A stretch of 64,000 nt of DNA from assembly GCF_006345805.1 (NCBI RefSeq), contig NC_042998.1, positions 78,492,001-78,556,000 of the forward strand, read 5' to 3'. Shown here in pieces: positions 13,299 to 25,769 of the stretch. The first letter of the stretch is position 1. The number at the start of each line of letters is the position of its first letter. The DNA comes from Octopus sinensis (Eukaryota). Made by a program: the position numbers and the translations under genes. Under the pieces are notes generated by a model, which saw only the letters and a program-made list of their open reading frames with translations, was not told where the DNA came from and searched no databases.

Positions 13299-13739
13299 GT
13301 ATAGACACATTGGATATTGTAATCTCAGAGATACTATTCCTGAAAACAAGAAAGATGGTCACGGCTGGACCACCTATGATCACTTCAAGTCTGTTAAATC
13401 AAAACTAACCTAGAGCCAGACAACAAAAAACGGCAACAACATAAAAAAACAACAACAATTCAGCACAATAAATTCAGCATAAACAGACACTCAATAAACA
13501 GACACAAATTTATTACAAGAGCCAAATACAGCTTGGCTATAAAATACATGAATGCGTTATCAAAACCTAATCAAACTGAACCAAACAGTAACATTAATAA
13601 TAGCACTAATAATATATTACATTAATAGTAGTATTAATAATATATTACCTAAACACAGCCATTAGAAAAACGTTCTCATCAATAATAGAATACAAGTTTG
13701 CAAGCTACTGAGTAAACTGGAGATGCCAAATGTACTTTA

Positions 13740-13870
13740 TATGCAAACACGAAAATTGTAAACATCAGGACTATTACGATAGACAAACAGACGTTACAAT
13801 TTCCCTCCGGCTGACTATTGCATCTACAACGAGTTGTCAATAGAGAACTTAATAATCGCAGAATATAAAA
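13740..13870 (+). mobile_element. Possible Penelope GIY-YIG endonuclease relic
   Basis: PNVLYMQT / CKHQDYY..QT..ISLRL across frameshifts resembles NVIY.I.C..C...YIGQT...L..R. Confidence 0.3.
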
Positions 13871-15040
13871 ATGAAGCTAGATAGGAAAAATATAGACAAC
13901 GTTTCGTAACAACGTATGTATGATTACAATTAAAAAGTAGCACATTGGTTATAGAGGCGCTGTATTAATAGCAAAATATAAGTAATGTAAACTTCACTAC
14001 ACAGATACTGCACCATAGCAACCAATTAATATTAGACACTACGGTATTTCCTGACTGCTGAAAGAAACCTTATATACACGTTGTAAAAATTGTTTAATAC
14101 GGCGGTAATGAAGGAGAAACTAACATAACAGCGTTACCATAATTTTTGCCTCCAATAAAATGCCAATAACAACCAGCTTTAAAATCATTTGATGCGGTCG
14201 ATGACCCGCCTGAACATCTAGAGGTCAGTGTCTGCAGGAAAAGCGTAGAGGAAAGGGGGAATGTGAATTCTGCTTTAAATGCTATAAAAGGGTGAATGAA
14301 CTTCGTTAACGGCAACCAGAGGTCAAGTGTTAAAGTTAAATCGGATATTGGGTACCATTTACTACCAAAATATACACAAATGTATGTGCGCCTAAGGTAG
14401 CACAAGAAATTACACAGGGATACCATCCGCATCGAAAACCAGTTAAGTTGGGAGTAATGTACTTTATGTAGTTGATCAAACATTGAAATTTGAAATCACA
14501 CTCATTGAGAGAGAGAGAGAGAAACACATTTGCTAAATAATCAATTTTAGTCAATAAAAGTAAGGGAGACAATTTTGAAATTAATTCATTTGGATGTAGG
14601 CATATATTGGAGTGAGTCTGATCTTTAACGCGCACAGCGGCAACTTCAAACTTGTTCACACTTCCTATTCATTATATAACTTATTCATCTTAAGGTCCGG
14701 TATGAGCAAGTAAAGGCTATACTTCACTGAGCAGGCCTAAAAAGTCGAGACGTACCACGGTTATCGTTGTAATTGCAAAATATCAGACGCATCAGCTGCT
14801 GCATGTCTACTTTCAATCTAAATTGAAATTTTGAAGTTTGTTTCTGTTCCTTTTCTTGTCCGTGATTAAACTAATTGATTTTCGCCGCACCGCAGTGACG
14901 ATTTTACTTACCATGGTATATGTCTTTCTACAGTGTTATTATCAATTAGCAATTATTCTTATGTTTCTCTACTAATTTTGTTTTTTCATTTTTGCTAGCC
15001 AGATTGTAATATTCACCGACTTACATTTGTTATATTAATA

Positions 15041-15423
15041 TAAGTAGCTTGCTTACGAACCACATGGTCCCGGGTTCAGTCCCACTGCGTGGTACCTTGG
15101 TCAAGTGTCTTCTACTATAGCCTCGGGCCGACTAAAGCCTTGTGAGTGAATTTGGTAGACGGAAACTGAAAGAAGCCCGTCGTATAAATGTATATGTGTG
15201 TGTGTGTGTGTTTGTGTGTCTGTGTTTGTTCTTCCCCCCAACATCGCTTGACAACCGATGCTGGTGTGTTTACGTCCCCGTAACTTAGCGTTTCGGCAAA
15301 AGAGACAGATAGAATAAATACTAGGCTTACAAAGAATAAGTTCTGGGGTCGATTTGCTCGACTAAAGGCGGTGCTCTAGCATGGCCACAGTCAAATAACT
15401 GAAACAAGTAAAAGAGTAAAAGA
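15041..15423 (+). mobile_element. SINE family B, near full length
   Basis: GGGTTCAGTCCC B-box-like motif, CORE-like ACCTTGGTCAAGTG, internal (TG)n, LINE-type tail ending (AGTAAAAG)2. Confidence 0.9.
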
Positions 15424-16189
15424 GTGTATCTGGAGTATATTAAACAAGATCAAAAACTAAAACAGCAACCATCACGAACATCACATCACCACCCTACCAC
15501 CATTACTACCGTCTTACCACTACCACCACCACTATTTAGTATATACAATGAAGTATGTGAATGAATATTCCACGCAAAGCTGATGCCTTCACGTGTTCAC
15601 TCGGCCTGCTAGAATTGTAGCTAAAATTTCTTCAAATCACACGCACACATCACAAGCAATATTGAAGTACACACTGAATTTTGGAAACAATGCTAGAGAA
15701 AATAAAACGGTAAAGTCATGACCAGACTCCTTTTGACCATAAGTTTATTTCATTGAGGTTGGTCTGCATTTAAGCAACATAAGTCTTAAGTTTGACATTT
15801 ATAAAGTATATTCTAAATAATATAATTTAATTGGGGTTTTTTTTCTCTTCACTTTAATCTCATCAGTTCATTAATCTTCCACTTTATCACATGAAACTTG
15901 ACACTAGTAATGTATAAATATTTATTACCTTATTTAGTCTTTCAGTGTGTATTACTTAAATGTATGAATCACTTTTGTAAAATTTCATCTTTATTCTAGA
16001 TACTTGTATCTTGTCTTGTTAATTTTTATTCTCGCAGACATAAACTTGTTCTTGTTCTAAATCAATATTGTCAATATACTAAGTCTATATCAAAACACTT
16101 TTATGGGGCAGATTTGTAGCATCTCTTTTCCAGAACGTTAACCCTAATATACTATTGGAAGGTGATGCTTGATCAGAGCGATGACGTGT

Positions 16190-16620
16190 TCGGGAAGACT
16201 CGAACATTGTCCGAGGTGCACGCAGAACGAAAAAAAAAACACCCTGCACTCATTCGTTTAGTGGCCATGTATTACTGACTTGTGGTCTTACGTGGAATTC
16301 AGTTGTTACCGCGTAAAAGCTTCGGCAATCAGTCGACTCCATTTTGAATATCGCCTGCTTTCAGTATTTCTCTGAAAAACTGAACGAGGTGGAAAATTTT
16401 TTCTCTGTGTGAAAGTTATGGCGAAAATTGAATGTATGGTGAACAAGATTAAAGAACTGAGGAGTGCTACTTTCCTCTTCGTTCCAACGTTCATTAACTT
16501 TAAGTTCGACTTTGAGAAGAAGGTGACGCAGAAAGGGATATACTGATCTTCAGTAAATTTCCAGATAAATAGAAAAGCGTAGGGTGAGAATGAGTGACTT
16601 TATTCTTAGCATGCGATTGT
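16190..16620 (+). mobile_element. Tx1/L1-clade LINE, 3' ORF2 relic (copy a)
   Basis: CPRCTQN..TLHSFV.WPCITDLWSYVE...FFLCVKVMAK...TFINFKFDFEKKV matches the better copy at 26077-26409. Confidence 0.65.
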
Positions 16621-16639
16621 AAGCCAGAGAACACTATTG

Positions 16640-17170
16640 GGTCAGAATATTTACTCTTACACGCCAATGTAATCCTGGACCTGCAAGCATTACTAGACTG
16701 TCGCATAAAGATTGAATGTGGGTATTAGCTGTGTCCATTGGACAGGCAGTATTTATTTGTTTAATGACTTTGTGTAGTGGGCCAAACTGAAAGTATTGAA
16801 GACAAACATCTTCGTCTTCAGCCGGGCCTCGTCAAATTTTCCAGATTTCACTGGGAACGAAAAGTAAGAGCGATGAAATTACTGCTTTCCAGTAAATTTC
16901 TTGAAATAAAGATAAGACTGACAAGGATGTTTCGAATGAATGGGCCTGCTCTCAACATGTGCCTGTTGGTTGAAGAAGAAGGGTGGAAAGAAGGTATTTG
17001 CTTTAGCGGTCAGAGTAACTCTGGCTTTGTAAAGTTCCACATGCAGCCCTCAGGAGTCTCACTCGCTTTTAGGGGATTATTTCTTGTTTGTACATTTTGT
17101 TTCTTAATATTTTATTTTGCTGTTCACACATTTTCATGTACTCACATTATATTGCATCTTCCTGTACTGT
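16640..17170 (+). mobile_element. Tx1/L1-clade LINE, 3' ORF2 relic (copy b) plus 3' UTR
   Basis: WAKLKVLKTNIF and FHWERKVRA...RMFRMNGPALNMCL are homologous to the C-termini at 22780-23000 and 25960-26200. Confidence 0.7.
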
Positions 17171-17184
17171 CATTTGTCTTTTTG

Positions 17185-17200
17185 CTAATAATAAATAATG

Positions 17201-17259
<59 letters not shown>

Positions 17260-17320
17260 CATAATAATTATAATAATAATAATAATAGTGGGGCTACTAA
17301 TAGTAATAATAATAATAATA

Positions 17321-17362
<42 letters not shown>
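17185..17362. repeat. (AAT)n followed by (ATT)n (self-complementary blocks)
   Basis: Direct reading. Confidence 0.9.
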
Positions 17363-17364
<2 letters not shown>

Positions 17365-17807
17365 GGCTACGAGCTAGCAGAATCGTTAGTGCGCCGAGCA
17401 AAGTGCTTAGCAGCATTTCATCCATCTTTAAGCTCTGGGTTCAAATTCCATCGAAGTTAACTTTGCCTTTCGTCCTCTCGAGGTCGATAAATGAAGTACC
17501 AGTGAAACACTGGGGTCAATGCAATCGACTAATCCTCTTCCCCAAAATGTCAGGTCTTGTGCCTTCAGTAGAAAGGATTATTATTATCATTGAAAAGCGG
17601 TGAGCTGGCAGAATCGTTAGCATGCCGGGCGAAATGCTTAGTGTTATTTCGTCCGTCTTTATGTTCTGAGTTAAAATTCCGCCGAGGTCGATTTTGCCTT
17701 TCATCCTTTCGAGGTCAATAAAATAAGTACCCGTTAAGCACTGGGATCGATGTAATTGACTGTACCCCGCCTCCAAAATGTTAGACCTTGTACTTATAGT
17801 AGAAAGA

Positions 17808-17812
<5 letters not shown>
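17365..17812 (+). mobile_element. Two tandem SINE family A copies, old-tail subtype
   Basis: Each has a GAGCT(A/G)GCAGAATCGTTAG head, TTTGCCTTTC body and CCCCAAAATGT...CCTTGT...TAGTAGAAAG tail. Confidence 0.8.
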
Positions 17813-17838
<26 letters not shown>

Positions 17839-17880
17839 GTTTTTTTAGTTTTTTTAGTAGTAGTAGTAGTAGTAGTAGTG

Positions 17881-17920
<40 letters not shown>

Positions 17921-18105
17921 GAGGAGGAGGAGGAGGAGGAGGAGGAGGAGGAAGACGAGGGCGAGGAGGAGGACGAGGAGGGGAGGGGAAGGGGAGGGGA
18001 AGAGGAGGGGCGGGGAGGTGGGGAGGCGGGGAGGAGGAGAGGAGGAGGGGGAGGGGGAAGCGGAGAGGAGGAGAGGAGGAGGAGGAGGAGGAGGAAGAGG
18101 AAGAA
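17812..18105. repeat. (ATT)/(AGT)/(AGG) microsatellites and purine-rich tract
   Basis: Direct reading. Confidence 0.9.
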
Positions 18106-18390
18106 GAGGACCTGTCTTTAAGTATAAGGATAGCTTGAAGAAATCACTAAAATCTCTACAGTTTAACTTGACATCTTGGGGAAGTCATTGCCTAGATCGA
18201 TCTGCATGGCGTAAAAGGTGTCAAGATGCATCCAAAACAATTTGAGTTGAAGAAAAAAAAGAACGATAGAATAACTACATCCTGCAACCAACAGACACAT
18301 TTGCCCAATCCCAGGCAAAATTTAATTTATCAACCTCCCATTACAACTTCATTACAAAATCCATACCTGGACTCGAATTACATTCACGCA
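18100..18390 (+). mobile_element. RTE-clade LINE, C-terminal fragment
   Basis: RGPVFKYKDSLKKSLKSLQFNLTSWGSHCLDRSAWRKRCQDASKT matches the RTE motif ...RYKDxLKxxLK....W...A.DRSAWR. Confidence 0.75.
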
Positions 18391-18509
18391 TCCATCGCAA
18401 ATATATGCAGCTTCTTAGTGGAGTTTTTTTTCTTTCCTTCCATTCCTCTCTTTAACTTTAACTTGAAGTCCCCTCTTTCAAACACTCATATGTCGAAACC
18501 GATGGGAGC

Positions 18510-18820
<311 letters not shown>

Positions 18821-19237
18821 TGGCAGCGAGCTTTGTAGAATATCGCTAGAGCATCGCAAAAATGCCTTGCAGTATTTTTCTTTGTCTACATTCAAATTTC
18901 AAATCCTGCGCCAAGGTCAATTTTGCCTTTCATCCTTTCGTAGTCGATAAAACAAATTATCAGCCAAGTGCTGAAGTCGGTATAATCATCCAGCTTCCCC
19001 ATCTCAATATTGCTGGCCGTTTGCCTAACTTAGAAACAATAGTGTTTGCAAAAAAATGTGAATGACAAAAATCATAACATGCATTAAATGTATTCAGTTC
19101 CGTTACACTACACTCCGAATTTAAATCCCTGCAATGCATTCTCCAGTTTCGTTAAAATACCAGTAATATACACGGTCGATTTAATCAACTCTTCTCCTCC
19201 CAAAATTTTGGCCTTGTGCCAATGTTAAACAAATCAC

Positions 19238-19285
<48 letters not shown>

Positions 19286-20449
19286 CTTATTCAAGCGTGA
19301 ATTGCACAAATAAATGAGAACATTTTATAGATACGTTACTAGTTTTATTTCATAATGGAATATATGTTTTCATTTGTTTTTGTTCTTTTCCCAACTCTGT
19401 ATTGTCTATATAATTTAATAAACATTATTAGCGTGACTAGCGGCGCCATTTGTCTAGTCTTGTTAGACGTATTAGCGAAGGAAGAGAGGAGGGGCGATTG
19501 AGGAGAAAAATGAATGAATTAATAAATGAAAGGCAGAAAGAAAAAAAAAGACCAAAGCAAGAAAAGTTGATATATCCATAAAAAGCCACAAATACAACAC
19601 TACACGACTGACTGAAAAGTTTCAAAGGCGGAGTTAAACTTGGCAAGATTTGAAATCAGGACTAAATACTACAGGTCATTTTGTCAGTCATTTCACCGTT
19701 TCTCTCATCCAATGCATGACTCAGAAAGCAATATGTATTATACTTACAAATACAAGTTGGACTGCAAAAGAAGACACATAAGCATTCCGTTAAGAAAAAA
19801 AACTGTAACAGAAAAATAAGATGACACTATACTCTAGCGAGTGAATTGCTTATTTATGCTTTTATATATTCGCTACTGAGTCATAAGCCTTTACATGAAC
19901 CAACGAGACAGGAGGATTTTTACTTAGTCGTTTAGCCTGCTAGAAATAGCAATTAAATCTTCTTCGATCAAAATTATCGTCTTAAAAAGAGAACGACTAT
20001 TAGATAATGTAGTTCAACATAAGATAAATGAGAGCAGCTGGAATATTTTCTGAAAGCGGGCTACATGATCAGAGCTTCGCTGAGGTTTAGTATCAAGCGC
20101 AGCAACAGCTCAAGGGTATGCCTATACAAGAATAGAGAAACCAAAGCAAACTATACATGCATTCAATAATGAGTTGGAAAACAATGTATCTTTATCAATA
20201 TAGTGATCCTTAATGGCTTTGATATATCTCAGATCAAAAGTGAAATATAATTAAATTACAGTGATCTAGAGATACTGATAAAATGTATATAAATGTAGAA
20301 ATTGCCTACATTACAATTGGAGTATTAGATATAGTTGGAGCTGATATATACACTACAAATATAAATGCATCATAAAAATGCATTACTGATCACGGAACTA
20401 GTAGCGATACTGAAACTATTGTGCATTCTAAAAATATCTCCTGTTTCAG

Positions 20450-20830
20450 AAGGATCTGGCATTGATGAAAAACAACAATGGACCTTTTGATAGTAGTAAG
20501 GAGTTTTTGTATGGCACAGAAGTTTGCCAATTCGTCGAATTATACATTTTACATCATGCAGGATGTGAAGCCAAAGATATAGGTCTTTACAGAGATGATG
20601 TCTTAGTCATCTCGGAAAATATTATTGGACATGGTTTAACCAGTTCTAGAAAAGTTTTAATCAGTTCTTTCAAAGAATCAATACTCAGTATAATTGTAGC
20701 CGTGAATATAAACACAATCAACTTTTTAGAAGTAGCTTTACATTTGCATACAAAACTTATATATAAACACATTGGAAAGTTTACCAAATTGCGACTACAC
20801 CATTTCCTCTTCAACAAGCTCGATGAGGCG
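20450..20830 (+). mobile_element. Penelope-like element, reverse-transcriptase fragment
   Basis: ORF 20462-20833 reads GTEVCQFVELYIL...IGLYRDDVLVI...INFLEVALHL, with the Penelope-type GLYRDD at 20582-20599. Confidence 0.85.
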
Positions 20831-20899
20831 TAAATGGATTAATTTTTAATATATTTTCCGAGGAGATGATAATCAACAAAGCGGCTACTTATTGCAATA

Positions 20900-21080
20900 A
20901 TAAAAGGATATAAAAAAATAGTGGATTCGCAGAGTAGAGTCAGTTATAATGCGAATTCGGTGCGAACGCCGAGCTCGACTTTGACTTTCATTGATAAAAC
21001 AAGTACCAGTTGAGTACTGGAGTCGATATAATCGACTTACTTAATCGAGGTTGCTGGCCTTGTGCCAAAATTTGAAATTA
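20900..21080 (+). mobile_element. SINE family A, old-tail fragment
   Basis: AAGTACCAGTTGAGTACTGGAGTCGATATAATCGACTT...GCTGGCCTTGTGCCAAAATTTGAAA. Confidence 0.65.
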
Positions 21081-21379
21081 TCATTAGTAGTAGTAGCAAT
21101 AAAACAGTGAATTGACAAAATCGTTGTCTGGGTTGATTTTACCTTTTGTTCCTCCTAGATAGAGAGAGAATAAGTACTAGATATATCCATGTTTATTCAA
21201 TATACCCACTATATCTACTCATATAAATGTATAGCTGTATACCAATGTCAGAAACTGTTCCTTTAGAGGTTGCTGACGTTATTTTATTTATTTTTATTAC
21301 TTTTGATAGACAAACTAATTTGTTCTTAATACTTCTTTCCTGAATATTAGAGAGGTGCTTCGGGTTTAATATTCTTGTA

Positions 21380-21780
21380 ACATTCATCAAGCTCCACACA
21401 TTTTTGTTTGATACTTGTCTTCAACTTGACAACTACGTTTACTAATCGATTCCAGATTGCATTGATCCTTTTTGAGGTTTGTTGTCATATTAGCTTGTTA
21501 CAACTCTTCTTTAATTTATATTAATGGTCGCTAGTTGATGACTGATGAAATGTGAAGATAGCGTCTTTGCTGATGTTGCTTTTCCCTGTTATTATCTTAA
21601 CAGCGTATATTATATCACCCCCATCTTCGACTGTCGACCACTCAAGGTAAACCAAGTGCTTTGATTCTAACTCCTCTATACTGCATTTTTTACAAGGTGT
21701 AATCAAATTGATGGTTTTTCCCTTTGAACATTTTCCACAGACTTCTGATCCTTGTTAAAGAGTGGTCCCTAATTGGTGTT
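21380..21780 (-). mobile_element. CR1-group LINE, 3' ORF2 relic
   Basis: KDQKSVENVQR, GDIIYAVKIITGK, YKLKK and AIWNRL motifs across frameshifts. Confidence 0.8.
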
Positions 21781-22529
21781 AAAATATTCGATGCGTAGTC
21801 TCACCATATGGATGAGGCAAGCATTTTAGAATATTGGGAATTAATACTTTGTTGTACCCAATTTCATCCCTCTACATTTTGAATTCAAATCACGCTAACG
21901 GAATTTGTCTTTCATCCCTCCTGGATCGATAATATAACTGCGAGGCACGTGCTAACGGGAGGAGCTGTTATGCGGGTCATCAAATGGCTTGAAATAATAG
22001 GTAAATCTCTCTCAAATTATGCTCTACAGTTTTAGAAATAGAAAGAACTCATTGAATAATGTACTCATGAATATAGATAAACTCTAGGGTATAGTTACAA
22101 CTAGAAATAATAGATCTCCCAGACCATCAATGGTGTGAAGCTAAACAACGATAAATCTAAGAGCTGTCCTGGGGTTGAGTTAATCGACTCAGCCTTTTCT
22201 CGAAATTTAATTTAAAAAAAAACTCCCATAGAATAATTCTTTTTTTGATTTATCTCTTTAGAAATACAATTAATACTGGACATTTGAAAAGGAGTTATTG
22301 TCAGAAAAAAGCTAAAGTTTATCTAGAAGCCGAGCTTTCAGTAGCTTAACAATACTAGAAAATATAGCTAAACATGTGTTTGATTAAAATGTATTATACA
22401 ACACACACGCAAGTCTTTTTAATATTTATAAAGTAAGGTCTAAAGTGCCCATGTTTCCTAATACGTATGATTTGAGTGGAAGTAGTTGATGTTAATGAGA
22501 AGGATGTGGTACAAAAGAATCTAAAATAT

Positions 22530-24730
22530 ATATATATGCCATCATATTAGTGTAATAACAATAATCCAGGGGCAGAACACAAGACAAAGGAATTATAAAA
22601 CAACAAGGTACAAGTGGGGCTTAATACAAAATGCGTGTAAACAAAAAAAAAACATAGCGCAAAATCCTCGATAGGGAGAAACGCCATCCAGAGGCGACCA
22701 AGGAACCCCACAGAACCCAATTCACCTTGTTCATCAGGAGTACCGTAACAAGTGTTCTGCTCTCCTATGTAATTTTAGGCCTCCAAGCGCATGCTTGAAG
22801 TAAGTCCATTCACTCGTGCTATTCTCGCCACAATCACCCACCTTTTCACAAATTAGCTGGCGGGTGTGAGCAATATCTCTCTTCATTCTCACTTTCTTTC
22901 AAGTTCACTTGAAAGGGAACTTGAAAAAATCAGTTAGGGTTTTGCCGAAAAGGCAAATGTCTGTCTGCCACACCTTTTTCGCCATAGCTACAAGATTTAG
23001 GGAAACTTTCTTTCCTTACTGGCCAAAAGAAGGCGGCCGGACGATTTTCACGATGGGGTCGGTCGATAACCAGATCCTTCTCAAATCAGCAATGTTCGGG
23101 CACTACACGAATGCATAAGGATGATTTAATCTCACAGCACGCATCACGTGGAGTTTATCCCAAACTGACAGACAAAGGATTTCTGGAAGTTATCCATATG
23201 CTCCAACCCGAATGATCATCGGAAAATATCTGCTAGCTGGTTTTCATCGACACCCTGAGTTTACTTGAGGACGTCGTTGCTCTTACTCAATACTAATCTT
23301 CCTATAGAACCCCATAGTGTAACATCCACCGCCCGCATTGCCCTAACAGCAGAAAGCAGGAGCGTCTGTCAGGTCATTTTCCCCTCTAACAACACAATTT
23401 TCGTACTCAGCACTGAGGAATCCAACAAAAGCCAATCTTTCCACCAGTACATCAACCGCAATGCCTTTCTAAAGCCTCTCTTCTATATTACTAACTATTT
23501 TTCCCTTTTCTCTAGAATTGTTTGTCTTCTAATAAAACTTTACCGATTCTTAGCTAATAGCCCTTTTAGGAACTAACTACAATCGATTGCTGACGACTAC
23601 TTTGTCAAACTCACTTTTAACAAGTTCATTAAGTCGGTTTCTGTAATTTTAGCGCACCGAGAAAGGTGTGTCCAATTTCCTATAAGCGGGTCCCTGTCTT
23701 CGCAGCCAATCTATGTCAACTGTACAGATTAAAAATTTGCGACTTATATAGCCGACCACTTTGAATTATGGACAACCTATGCTATGCCTTCTTGCTGGCA
23801 TACAGAATACTCTGTTTAGATACAAATCTGGATGGCCGATACTCGGTGTCTGTTAGTCAGTTGGAAATGACTGAGCAGGACTGCGAGGCTTTTCCAACTA
23901 TCTCTCTTAGCTAGTCTTACACAATCCAGATGTGCGTTCAAAATGACGTCCCATTCAACCACCAACACTAAAAGGCATTAAAGGCGATGAGGTGATAGTG
24001 CTGCTCATCCTGTGCTAGATCAGGAGATAAGTCGGCTCCTCATTTCTCCGCCTAGTTATCTGCTTTTTTTATAGAGTCGATGCTGATGAGCTTGAGGATT
24101 GAGTGAGATCGTTTCCTTCTGAGACTAATCGTGCTGGGGAAAATGGCTATAGAAAAGCAGCAACAGCAGCCAGAGATTTCATTTCAAAGCTTAATGTTGT
24201 TGCCAACTCTACCGATATTTGTCATTCTATTTTCTTTTTTCTATTTCTCTTCTACTTGGTAGCAAGAGGCCCTCAAGTGGACTTTAATACTACACGTGTA
24301 ATAGCTGGGCCTTCTAATTTGTACCATCATTTTCACTGACTCCTTTCCGCTCCCTCAGTGGAGTACACCACAAGTACAGCCTTGTAATCTTAAGGAACCA
24401 TTAGGATATAGAAGTTCATAGATACCCCTCTCGACTACAGTTTCTTTCACGTCACCTCCACCACTCACCATCTAACCATACTGCACGACAAAAGTGATAA
24501 GCCAACTGTCAGTATCAGTACCAGTAACTCCGACCTTGATCCTTGTTTTCCCATCTAATGCGGCAGCCTTTTCGTAGACGTGTACAATTTCTGCCTGGAC
24601 CGGGCTCATCCTCAGTTTTAAACACCAGGCACTCCTATATGATATACCTCGGGCAAAGGACACATTACTTGCTACATATTAATCAGTGTTCTTTTCAACT
24701 CTTCACTCTCTATTCTATAGCATACTGAAA
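22530..24730 (-). mobile_element. Internally deleted Tx1/L1-clade LINE (ORF1 relic + EN + C-terminus, RT core missing)
   Basis: ORF1 knuckle-like RRPSYYTCSIKVH (~24270-24315). EN-like LVVEWDVILNAHLDCV (~23930-23975). QGPAYRKLD linker (23657-23699). Then directly post-RT/C-terminal sequence and an A/T-rich 3' end. Confidence 0.7.
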
Positions 24731-24827
24731 ATTTCTCCAGTGTTTCAAAAACGCATGTGTGCACCTTTCAACACACCTTTTCCTAGCTAAATTCTGCTAC
24801 CAATGTGGCACTGATTTTCCATACATA

Positions 24828-25042
24828 CGATGGAGTGTTGAAAAGTTCCTGGCTTTAAGGGTATCGCGAGAGGCCTGGTTGGAAGCTGAACCTTCCAAGT
24901 TCTTTTACAGGGTTTAGAAAAACTGAAGGACTGCTGCAATAAGTGTGAATCTGAGAGGGAAATATGTTGGATAAAATCGTAATTAACTGATCCTCCTGTA
25001 TTTTTTGCTCACCCAAAGCCAGGATCTTTTCAGCATCCCTCG
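24828..25042. mobile_element. Mariner-derived MITE (215 bp)
   Basis: TA|CGATGGAGTGTTGAAAAGTTCCTGGCTTT ... AAAGCCAGGATCTTTTCAGCATCCCTCG|TA. Internal GLEKLKDCCNK/VNLRGKYV* matches a mariner transposase C-terminus. Confidence 0.85.
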
Positions 25043-25769
25043 TACATCATCCATATCTTCTCTTTTCACTTTTCTTTCAGATAACACATGACGAGGAGCT
25101 TCTTGTGATCTGCAAAGTTTATTACTATTGTAACAGTACTAACAATACCAAATGTTGGGTTGTTGTTGTCGTTGTTCGTATTATTTACTATTTTTTTTTA
25201 GTTTTGATTTATGTTTTCCATTCTGTAATTGTAAGCACTTTTTGTTTATTGAATTTTTACGTTATTTGTTATTTTTCTAAATCTTTATTCGTATTTGAAA
25301 GAAATTTTGGTTGTTTTATTATATTACAGAAACTACTAACACCACCAATATAGCAACAATAACAATATAATGATGATAATAATTTCTGTGAAGAGCACCT
25401 CTTCATGTCATTTCTAATACAGCTATTTAGCAACGCAAGTAAATATTGTAAAGTGACAATGGCACAAATACACACAGTTTCAAAACAAGGTTTCGCTCCA
25501 TTTGGTTTCACCTATAACGTCGGACATTCAAACAGTCCAATACCTTTTATTTATAAGAAGATACACCCAATTTTTTTTTCATGAAACAGTAACAGTAATA
25601 ATAATTCTCTCTACTATAGGAACAAAACCTGAAATTTGTGTAGAAGGACTAGTATTCAACCAGTTCTCATTTCATTGACCCCGAAAGGATGAAAGGCAAA
25701 ATTGGCTTCACCAGAATTTGAACTCAGACGAAAGAAATGCCGCTACAATACAATCAATGTCATATGAAG

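Noticed and set aside
14270-14920. Possible promoter (TATAAAAG at ~14283, AGGTCA half-sites) and ATG-only first exon
   Set aside because: Short motifs expected by chance in AT-rich DNA, and no downstream coding exon supports a gene.
16779-16863. Apparent exon WAKLKVLKTNIFVFSRASSNFPDFTGNE with AG and GTAAGA ends, joinable to ACCATG|GTATAT at ~14911
   Set aside because: The peptide and its neighbours align with the Tx1 C-terminus (VWWTxLKGLK...FFKFH.KRKVR) found at 26077-26409, so it is a LINE relic.
19748-19761. 14-nt micro-exon on - between TCTTCTTTTGCAG and GTAAGTA
   Set aside because: GTAAGT is frequent in DNA this AT-rich and about one such pairing is plausible by chance. There is no independent gene support, and only junction reads could rescue it.
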